Assembly: GCF_009914755.1 (NCBI RefSeq)
Contig: NC_060931.1
Reading direction: 5' to 3' (one strand)
Length of the DNA: 64,000 nucleotides
From: the human T2T-CHM13v2.0 reference genome, Homo sapiens
Below, piece by piece: positions 53,371 through 64,000 of this stretch. The notes under the pieces are model-generated. The model searched no databases, was not told where the DNA came from, and was given only the letters and a program-made list of their open reading frames with translations. Position 1 is the stretch's first letter. Every line of letters starts with the position of its first letter. A program made the position numbers and the translations under genes.

Positions 53371-54019
53371 GGTAAAGCAGACACTCATTACTCACTGGGT
53401 TTCAGACATCAAGAACAGCCCAACAGGTACACTTTTCTACCTATTGTTCTGGCCTCCAAGTATAGGAAATTATGTATATGGTTGAGCATTAAGAGTCTCA
53501 GAGCACAGAAGTCCTTATTTTCAGTGAGGTATTTTATATGTCCCTGGCACACTAAATACTTATTAAATAAATCAGCAACTAGAAGAAGTATTGCTATATA
53601 GTTCTTTTGGAAAAACATCTCCCCAAAGTTGTGAATGTTTAAGAAAAGGCACGTTAAAATGACAAACAAATTACTTAAAGTAGCATGAAACTGTAAGAAA
53701 GGAAACATAATATTTACTTCTAAAGAAACATATGTCAAAGTGAATTGAGAGGCTTCTAAACCTGCATTGAAATAAACATTCAAAGATGGCAGATTTAAAA
53801 AAATGTGGATCAGAAAGACATTCCAGAATCAAAAGCCACCAGCTGCTACAAGTGTGAAAATGAAACCTCTGGAGGGACTGTTGCCTCCTGCTCCATGTGG
53901 CTGTGGCATGTGATGCCTATAGCAGCTACTGAACTGATATTTGTGCCCACCACCCAGTCTGGGTAGAGCAGGTGTCTCACTGGCACAGTGCAGACGAGCT
54001 TGACATCAGAAAAACTTAC

Positions 54020-54155
54020 CAGAAGTAGGTCTTTGCCTAGTTCATCGATATCTGTTACAAACTTCTCAATTGGTTGGGCAGATTTTGAATGAAAAGCCTG
54101 CCTGGGAAGGGCAACATCTCTAGGCCAGTCTTCTTCTCCTGGGAGTCCAATCACG
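54020..54155 (-). CDS. CDK6: CDK6 penultimate coding exon (D-VIGLPGEEDWPRDVALPRQAFHSKSAQPIEKFVTDIDELGKDLLL)
   Basis: TTTTGTAG| acceptor, CTG|GTAAGT donor; 136 nt; within ORF 53846..54172. Confidence 0.98.
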
Positions 54156-56580
54156 CTACAAAAGAACCACACATGGACATAAGCATTAGCTACTATGCAG
54201 AAGCTGTTTTCTCATCAATTTCCAGAGAAAGGCAAAATCTAAGGGGGAGACATGGGGGGCAGAGTCCCAGGAGACCTTCACTTTATCACTGGCAGGGTCT
54301 CTGTTTATCTCTGTCCTACTGCAATATGGTGGCCATGGGGGAGAGGGTAATCTCACAGAAGAATTGTAAAATTCAGTGGGAGGAGATAAGAGATTGCTCT
54401 GGTAGCAGACACTAAATGTAAGGGATGATGTAGAAATAGAAAATATATTACCAGGCAGTAAGCTCTGACTTAGTGACAAAGCAGGACTTATTGTATTCAG
54501 AGGAGACCCATACTGGTACATATCTTCCTTTATGTCCAAGAATGCTTTTTGTGTTTTGATCGAACACCCCAGTATTGACATGATTTTATGATGCTCATCC
54601 AACATGGTTTATTAACATATCAATTTGGTTGCATTTTTGGTTAAAGAGCAATTCCCTACATATTAAATATATACATTAGAATCAGAAGGAAAAATGAGGC
54701 TAAAACGTGCTAGTCCTGCATTATACAAACATGATTTTATAAAAGGAAGTCTGTGGTATTCCAAAGTGAGCAAACAGTAAATTAAAAGACTATTATTTAT
54801 ATTTCCCCTGAAAACCATTCTGGGATCAGAAATGTGGAAAGAACAGCAAGTGATAAGCACAGGCTTCGGAAATAGGCAGATTTGGGTTCAAATCCTGCAC
54901 CTGCCACTTACTGGCAGGTAAGGACAAATTACTTAACATCTATGACCCTTAGTGTCTTTATGTATACAATGATAATAACTTACAGTTGTAATGAGGATCA
55001 GTTATACTTTATTTGAATTTATAGTAATATATAAATTTATAATTTAAAGTACAAAGCACAGCACCTGATATACATCACACACAGTCAATTATCAATCAAT
55101 ACACTGCCTACTATTATTATAATTAGAAAATGTTATTAATACAAGATGCATAGGAAATACATCACTACCACACTTAAAATATGAACTGCTTGTATCTATG
55201 TATAACTTAAGATTCTTTAAAAAATTAATGGGTCAATGGACTTACATAACTTATACATTGTATAGATATTATTTATAGTTTACATATAGGTCGTAAGTAG
55301 GTTTGAACAGAGAAAATCAGAGGATGCAGGGACTTCTTTCTCACACAGACTGTATAACTCTGAACCAAAAATAAAATCATAGTTTAGTGGACGGGGTACA
55401 TAGCTATTCAAATACTGGAACAAATAATTTTAACTACAGTTAGAAATTGTGCTGGCCCACATTAGGGTCTTCTGCTTGGCCTCTACTTGTTGGGACTAAG
55501 GCCCAGGAAGAGGTGTTCTTATGAATGTACTTCCAGATTTCAGGAAGATGTGGTACAGGTCTCAAGATCTGTAGCACTTCATTTCCCCTTCCCTCACCTA
55601 CACGGAGCCCAGGCCATAGACTTCAGCTGGGAAGATAACCCTGTCATCATGGCTTCTCTGCCTGGGTGTCTGGGGAAGACACTGTAATTCGGCCTCTATC
55701 AGGCATACTGAGAGAGCTACATTATTGAGGCAAAGACAGATTCATGGACATATTTACTAGAAGCAATAAATAGAAATGACAATGAGCAATATATAGATTT
55801 GTTCAATAGTACAGCCTACAATAGAAGTAAAAAGAAAAAAACCAAAAATACCACTATTAATTATGAAAAGAAATGCACGTGTAAGTGTCTGGATACAATG
55901 GGACAGGGCAGAGGAGGGAATGAAAAATGCTTGTTAGAGAGCTTTAAAAATTTCCTTTCATTCCTTTTTAGTTGTCAGGTCTATGTGTATCAATATTTTT
56001 GTGTATATTCACCAGTCAGCTAGAAATTGATTATATTAATAACTCCTAGAAATATTTAAAATCTTTTTTATTTGTGGCTTTGAATGTATCTACATCTAAT
56101 TACATCTTGCAAGTATATGATCAACTGAATGCCAAAAGCCTTCAGAGGAACAGCACATCTCTGTTTGTATGTGTGTACATATACAAATAACTTTATATAA
56201 TTTTATATAAAATTTTAAACAAACACATAACTATATATATAAAACTTTAAGTCTATCACCTCCTCTGATTCCTGTAATAATTTCCTAAGACATGTAAGTC
56301 AGGTGTTATTAGTCTCATTTTATAGATGGGGAAATTGAGAATGAGGAATAAAATGAACTGCCAAAGTCACAGATAGCAAGCTCAGTCACAGAGTCCAGAG
56401 TGAGTTCCGTTCTCTCTATTCCAATATTTTATTTCCATTTAGCTATGACATCATTCTTAAAAATGCTCTAAGATGTCACAGGCTAAAACTATTGTTTCAC
56501 TTTTAATACTTGCTATTACTTGAAGGCTTAAATCTTCCTAAACACAGAAATGTTTTTCCCTTTAAGAGTATGTGAACATG

Positions 56581-56875
56581 GACCAGGTGGGGTGGCTGTA
56601 ATCCCAGCAGTTTGGAAGGCCGAGGCAAGTGGACCACTTGACCCCAGGAGTTCAAGACCAGCCTGGGCAACATGGTGAAACTCCATCTCTATAAAAAATA
56701 TAAAAATTAGCTGGTTGTGGTGCCCTGTGCCTGTAGTCCCAGCTACTTGGGAGGCTTAGATAGGAGGATTACTTGAGCTCGGAAGGCCAAGGCTTCAGTG
56801 AGCCAAGATCGCACCACTGTACTCCAGCCTGGACAACAGGGCAAGACCTTGTCTCCAAAGAAAAAAATAAAAAAG
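56581..56875 (+). mobile_element. AluJ in a CDK6 intron
   Basis: Alu consensus; TSD AAGAGTATGTGAA. Confidence 0.9.
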
Positions 56876-58983
56876 AGTATGTGAATATGGCTTTCCTTAA
56901 AAAAAATTTGGTTTCATGTCCAGAATGAACTTTTATGGCCCAAATATGTGTTGTGAAATTCTGATAGGTCCATTAAAAATGCTTGCATTTAATTCCACTA
57001 TTTGGACAGCTGAATATAAGCCTTAAAAGTTGACATTTATATTGGCAAGCCCAACAGGGCACAAAATCTATAAATGGCAGTGATGGAGGAGACAGAAATA
57101 TTTTTTCAAGTACTTCAGCAGTGACGCTAGGGTGCAGCATTGTCCCTTTTCTCTGGCAAGGTAATGCATTCAGAGGAAACAGAACATAATTTTGATGACA
57201 CAATGCCAGAAACCACAAAGTAAAATCTAAAGGCACAAACCATAGAACTCTACAGCTTCTTTGCTGTTGGCAACCTACGATTGTCAGGACTTTGCCAAAA
57301 GCAGAACTGGCTTTTCTTTGGAAGCAGGTCAAACATGCCGGTCAAATGTTCCTTCTGGTCCATTTCACTGGCCTCATGTACTAAGGGGGCACTAACAATG
57401 TTAACAAGATTGCAGACATCAGTGCTGGAGGTAGACACAACTGTCAGGTAGTATAAATAAGGGAAAGAAGGTGATGGCTTTCAAGTCCTGGCAAGCTGAC
57501 TTTAGTCAAGATTCTCTTTCCTTTTAACAGAAGGTCATCAGTATGTCTGCTTTCCCTAGTTTCCTCTTTATGATCACATGCACACAAAATATATTCAACA
57601 GTCATGGGGAAAAATAGATGGGAGTTCATCGAGTGATTAAATAACTTGCCATTCAGAAGCAGGGGTAACATGAAGGCTTTGTGTTGAATTTATCCACTGT
57701 ACAGAGTGGTCAGTAGTAGGAGCAGTAGCATCACCTGCCCTGGACCCAGGAAGCCCCCAGGCATAAAAAACTAGCAAATGTTATTCAGGCCTTAAAGCTA
57801 CTATGTTCTGACTCAGCAGTAGCACTGGCATTAACAGAAGTCTAGCTGCTTCTAGTCACTAAAAGAACAAAATCAGGTTCCAGTTTTATTAACTGTTTTA
57901 AGCAGTCACGCTTGAGTAGACAGTGCTGATATGAAAATCTGTTCTTTAGGGGTGGTTTTTTTTTTTTTTTCAGTCTTACAGACTTCGAATTTCATAAAAA
58001 TCACTGGGATTCCTATAAAATGTCACAGACCAAAGATCAGGGCTATTTTTGGTCTAGAACTCCCACTTTTTTCCTACTCCACTCCAATTTGGATGGGCCT
58101 TTCAAACACAAAAAACCAAAAAAGGATGCCACACTGCATGCTTTGTCAGAAGAAGTGCCCCAGTTACATTCTAGAAACATGAATGCATACATGCATGAAC
58201 ATGCAGACATGAATGAAACTATGTAAATCATCAAGGAGCGATGTAACTGAAACCAAAGAATTTGAGCACAAGAAAGGATCTTATAGAGAATTTAAGTCAG
58301 AGTTTCATTTCTCAGATGAAGTTAAGGAAATAAAAGGTTAAATAATTAATGATGAACTCTAATAGTAACAGTAATAGATAACTTTTTAAAGTGCTTACTA
58401 TGTGCCAGGCACTGTGTAAGCCCTTCACGAGGTGTTTTAAATGACTTTCTCAAAGTTGCAGAGTTATTTTGCCAAAGACTTAGGGTTCTCATTTTCTATT
58501 TTGGTGCTCCAAAGAAAAATGAGATGTGTAGCATACCATCCTTCGCCCAGGAAAACAAAACAAAACAACGCAGAACCAACCTGGGTGACCAAGGATACTC
58601 AGTGGGGACAGGAAGCTCACTGGACAAGGATGGGTACTTGGTCACCAGGCATCCCATCTCTGATGGTGGGTGCTTTTGAAATGACCACAAGCAGAAAATG
58701 TATTTGAACTAAAAGAACTGGAGCTCAGCCACACGAAGAAAGAGGAGCAGCAAAAAGATCCACACAAGCAACATACAAGCTTCCAGAGCAGAGCAGTTAG
58801 GGCTCTGCATAAAACGGCACTTCTACCATGTCTCCACTCACCACACAAATAGTAACACTGTCTGCAGCAGCTGCTTGAAGTAAGAAAGACAAGAGATAAA
58901 CACATGATATGCATGTCAGAGGAAAGTCACTGTAAATGTTTTAATGCTATGGACACTGGTGTAAAATTATAATTATTACTTAC

Positions 58984-59034
58984 TCCAAGATTTTTCCTAG
59001 TTGATCAACATCTGAACTTCCACGAAAAAGAGGC
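58984..59034 (-). CDS. CDK6: CDK6 third-last coding exon (K-PLFRGSSDVDQLGKIL-D)
   Basis: TTTTAG| acceptor, GA|GTAAGT donor; 51 nt; CDK kinase C-lobe sequence. Confidence 0.97.
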
Positions 59035-60167
59035 CTAAAAGAATAAAGATACATTTTAAATAAGAAATGTTCTCAGATTACATTTCAATCATATTTGCCA
59101 TTATCATTGTTTCACAGGAAGCAAAATATTCTTTATGGGTTGGGAAGAAGTAAAAAAAATTGAGACATTTTTCCTTTGGTAAGTGAAGGTTTTCCCTGCA
59201 TTTCATGTATGGGTTAGGATCTCTCATGAATACCTGGTGGTAGATGAATTCCATGTTTTACAATCACGGGCATTCTGTTTGCAGTCATTCTTACAACAGT
59301 GCTACCGTCAAATTCAGTTCCAGGTTTCAAAGATCTGCTTAACTTCGTGATAAGGTGGAACATACCACCATCCTAGTCTCGAACCATAAATAGGTGAGAT
59401 TCTTTGATATTTCTCAGAGCACTTTTTCCATACTACTCTGCTATCAGAGTACTTCCTCATGGGTCTCTCTCCTTTCATTTGTCCTCAATGCTGCAGTGAA
59501 CCACCTCTGGGTCTATTTTTCTAATTATACCACTTTTCTTCCTCCCAATATTATGGCAGCTAACCATTACAAGTTCTAAATCTTAACTCTGGGCTTTAGA
59601 GGCAATTGTGTCTGCTTCAAACACACAGCCTTCCTTGTCTACATTGAGCATTTAACTGGCAATTAAAAAAGGTCATTTTGTGACATTTCTGGCATTTCTC
59701 CAAGAAGATCAAGTAGCCCCTTGAGGGAGGAGACTTCTCTAGGTTTCCCTATAAATCCCTGCCATAGAGCTTTACTCTGACAGATGCAGTTACTAAACAT
59801 TTTATTTCATTTTGCATACACCTATGGTACACAAGTAAACGTTCCCTGATTCCTTCCTCAACAAATGCCATAAACAGGTAATTTTCAACATTAATGTACT
59901 AAAATAGTTGTAGTCTATTATCAGGTATCATATCTCTTTTTATATTATATATCAAATTATACAGCCTTAAACTTGACCTCTTAAATATTTTCTGTGCACA
60001 ATAAATGAACTCACTATATATGGCCATATATGGAGAATCCTGCAGTCATAGCATTTCAGTGGTTAGAACACACCTTAACGTTTCTCAACCATACTTTCTA
60101 TGAATGTTACTATTCCTGAAAATAATGATTTCCAAATGCAGTGGAAAAGAATTTACTTATTGCAAGG

Positions 60168-60547
60168 TGATGGGCTGAATTTTTTTCCCCCAAATTCATG
60201 TTGAAGCCCAACTCCCAAGATCTCCGAATTTAACTGTATTTGGAGATAGAGCCTTTAAACAAGTAATTAAAATAAGATAGGGTGGGCCCTAATCAAATCT
60301 GACTGTTTTCCTTGTAAGAAGAAGCCATTTGGACACAAAGAGACATCAGGGGTGCACATGCACACAGAGAAATAAACATGTGAGAACCATGAGAAGGTAA
60401 GCCTAAAAGAGAGCCCTCAGAAGAAACCAAACCTGCTGACACCTTCATCTTGGACTTCCAGCCTCCAGAACTGTGAGAAAATAAGCTTTTGTTGGTTAAG
60501 CAATCCAGTCTGGTATTTTGTTGCAGCAGTCCTATAAAACTAATATA
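60168..60547 (+). mobile_element. MLT1 (MaLR) LTR
   Basis: ctgtatttggagatagagccttt...ttggacttccagcctccagaactgtgagaaaataa. Confidence 0.88.
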
Positions 60548-61165
60548 AGCCACCTGCATATCACTAATGCAGCCAAATTCATAAAGAATCACGAAGTTGC
60601 GCTCTGAAAGACATCTTGACAGGTCTTAAAAGATGACAAGGTGAGAAGTCCAAGTTTTTTTCTAAAACTTCCAAAAAAAGGCAAAAAATGGAATCTTAAC
60701 AATTATAATTTATTGAGCATGAATGTTGTATCTGGCCTAGTGCCAAGTGCCCCAAACATAATCTCATTTGATTCTCACAAAAATTCCAGGAGAAATGTAG
60801 TAGTACAATTATCCCTATTTTCAGATGAGGAAACTGAGTACTGGAGATGTTACATGGCTTAATTAAGGGCATAATATTCCCCTCTCCTTTTATTTCTTTT
60901 TAGTTAACATGCTGATTTTTCAAGATTTTTTTTTGACTGGGGAAAGGGTCTGTTTGGCGATGGACTGTCCTGGGAGTGAATCTCTATTTAGCTGTTTCTT
61001 CCTATATGATCTTAGGAAAGTCTCTTAATTTCTTTGACTTAGTTGCTTCATTTGTAAAATGGAAAGAATGATACTTACCTCATAGGATCAACTAAGTGAG
61101 ATTATGAATATATCTCATCTACTAGAATGCCCAGCTTATAGCAGAGTTACAATTAAGTGGTAACT

Positions 61166-61167
<2 letters not shown>

Positions 61168-61205
<38 letters not shown>
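61168..61205. repeat. (CA)n microsatellite, (UG)n in CDK6 pre-mRNA
   Basis: Seen directly. Confidence 0.96.
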
Positions 61206-61207
<2 letters not shown>

Positions 61208-61481
61208 CTCTTATTCCTGGCCAATATTATACAGATAATCATGTAAAGTATTTCACACAGTGAAGTAGAAAGGAAGGAACCATTTGCCACCATGTGGTGA
61301 GGTCCAAGTCACATTTAAGTCTAACAGTCTTTCCTCTGGGGTCACTAAATATTGCTTACATGTTACAGCTCTTACAACTTTATCAAGAAAAGAATTTTCT
61401 AAAGGATGAATGCCACATTTTTCAATAAGGATTAATTAATTCTGAATTGGCAATATCACTTCCTGTATGCAGTTTTGCAAA

Positions 61482-61513
<32 letters not shown>

Positions 61514-62879
61514 AAACCAAAAACCTCACCAAGTATTTAAGTCTATCAGTGAGATAAATTTTCTCAGGTCAAATTACCAAGGGGACTAAGTTTCAGATTA
61601 TATGCCTTTTTAAAAAAACAACTCAAAAATGCATAGATATCATTTGTAATCTCAGTAACAGTGGCAAACAACATTTAGAAGTTGGGTATGTTTTTTAACA
61701 GATGAGAAGTGTATACTGGTATGTCTGTTATAGAAAGGAAATGATTCATGCATAACAGGGGATGAAAGTTTCATTTAGTTACAATAATTTCATTGTACTC
61801 AAAAGACAAGGAAGTCATGGGTTAACCTATAGAACACCTTTGTAACCTGTATTTGACCTGCAGCTATGCTTTGACAGCTATTTTTCTTGATTAGTGGAAG
61901 AATTTTCCATGTTCATAAAGTGATCTTTCAAAAAAATATTACTGGAGAATATCTATTATTTTATACTCATTACCACATTCTATTCTAGAGTTGTTATCAG
62001 TTAAGTTAAAATTGTTAACTTATCACCTTACAATTACCACCTATTCAAATAACTGGATGAAGCAGAAAATCAATTAACTGATCTACTTAGTACACACTAA
62101 TTGACTGATTACCCAGTAAGTACATGCGGCTGTAATTGGTGCTGGGAAATACTAAAAAATACACATATAAAAAATATAAATTACATTTCAAAGTATATAA
62201 TTATAATGTATGTAATATACATATAATGTAAGTCATATGATATACATATAATATGTATTTATACATTAATAGCAGGAGACAAGGAGACAAGATATACAAA
62301 TGCAGAATCACCGAATAGAAGTTTACCTCATTTTACCAGTGGGAGACAGAAGTCGCGGTAATCGTTTCATCTTAATAGAATGTTAGGAAGTGGTTTGATT
62401 AACTTACTTTTACAGATGGGAAGTAAAGTAACATCTAAGGAAACACAGATGAGTAAGTGGCTAAGCTGATTTGTCTGACTTCAATGAACAGCAATATAGA
62501 AAAAGTGTTTTAGAAAGACTAATTTGGCAGGGGTTTACTGAGTCAATAAGAAGGGATGGAAACCAAGCCAAGGAGGTCAACTGGGAAGTCAGTGTACAAG
62601 TAAGATGACAAGGGCCTCAACTAGGTGGGACAAGGAAATGGCTAGAGATGCAAAGACATTTAGAAGAAGATGATCAGAACTTGATGGAAATGTGAACATG
62701 ACTTGAGAGGAGAAGCATGATTTTAAGTTTGTATTATATTATTAGTAAAGTCTGGCAGAATGAGATAGATGGAGGTGGTGGGGAGAGGAGATTAGAAGGT
62801 AACTGATTTAGTTTTAAATATTTTCCTTGTATAATAAAATTATATAAAACATTTCACTGAAATTGGAGAATGAATAATA

Positions 62880-63775
62880 TGCAAAAAAGGTAGTTTGGCA
62901 TACCTATGTATATACCCAAAAGCATTAACATACAGGTCCACATAAAAACTTGTACATGAATATTTATAGCAGCATTATTCATAATAGCCAAAAAGTGGAA
63001 ACAATCCTAACGTCCATCAACTGATAAATGGATAAACAGAATGTGGTATGGACTTACAATGGAATATCACTGAGTCATAAAAAGAATGATATACTGAGAC
63101 TACCTGGAGGACCCTTGAAACCATTATGCTCAGTAAAAGAAGCCAGTCACAAACAACCACACATAATGTGATTCCATTTATATAGACAATGTAAATTTAT
63201 ACGAACAGAAAGTAGACTGGTGGTTGCCTGGGACTAGGGGATTTGAGGGAACTGACTGTATACAGACTGAAGGTCTGTGCCCCTGAAAATTTCCTGTGTT
63301 GAAATCCTAATTCCTAAGGTGATGGCATTAGGAACTGGGGCCTTTGGGAGGTAATTATGTCATAAAAGGCATTAGTGCCCTTATAAGAGAGACCCTGGAA
63401 GGCTCCCTTGTCCCTTTCACCATATGAAGACACAGCAAGATGACGATCATCAATGAATGAGGAAATGAACCCTCTCCAGATACTGGCTCTGACCTTGGAC
63501 TTCCCAGCCTCCAGAACTGTGAGGAAGAACTTTTTGTTGTTTATAAGCCAATCCAGTTCATGGTATTTTGTTAGCAGCCCAAGCTGAGTAAGACAGACTG
63601 CTAATGGGTATGGCGTTTCTTTTTGGGGAGATAAAAATGTTCTAAAATCGACTGTGGTGGTAGTGGTACAACTCTGTGAATATGCTAAACTGAAAAAAAC
63701 ACTGAATTGTACTATTTATATTGGTGAATTGTGTGGTTATATCAATTATATTTTGATAGAGCTGTTAAAAAAGGT
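62880..63775 (+). mobile_element. L1M 3' fragment interrupted by an MLT1A LTR (~63257-63595)
   Basis: L1 motifs flank the MLT1A consensus; GACTG flanks. Confidence 0.82.
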
Positions 63776-64000
63776 GGTTAAGAAATTATATTTCCAAGCA
63801 AACATTACGGATTCAGGAGGAGGGTAAAAAAACTGCTAAATATTTGGAAACCATCCACATACACACAAAAATAAATTAAAAAAAAAACTGCTAGGAAAAC
63901 TGTTAGGTCTACATATATGAAAGGCTTTAAGCATGCGGTATTAAAGTATAGTGACAAACATTTTACCATATATTCAATCAAGTACTTGTCTGGAGACATG

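Noticed and set aside
52999-53601. 200-aa plus-strand ORF
   Set aside because: Non-ATG start, overlaps an MLT1 LTR, antisense in a CDK6 intron, no recognisable domain

Overview
Human (primate) genomic DNA, recognisable as chr7q21.2, with two minus-strand genes in tandem. (1) FAM133B: exon 1 lies in a CpG island at ~26.2-26.3 kb, and coding exons 1-10 are reconstructed exactly from splice sites. The last exon lies beyond position 1. (2) The 3' end of CDK6: the last three coding exons (59034-58984, 54155-54020, 51234-51088) and a ~10.2 kb Alu-free 3'UTR ending near 40870. The rest is intron or intergenic DNA rich in Alu, L1, L2, MIR, LTR and DNA-transposon remnants, and most ORFs in the supplied track are Alu-derived or chance ORFs. 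I cannot confidently demonstrate a new biological system. The best leads are: a promoter-like CpG island with a perfect antisense 5' splice site inside the CDK6 3'UTR; an LTR-derived 99-nt stop-containing cassette exon that would turn the FAM133B start into a uORF; a weak GC donor at FAM133B exon 10; two 57-bp near-perfect templated duplications ~1 kb apart, one with a snap-back palindrome; a palindromic double ISRE next to a human-specific AluYb8; and a frame-compatible CDK6-to-FAM133B read-through. Repeat boundaries and subfamilies are approximate and were called by eye.
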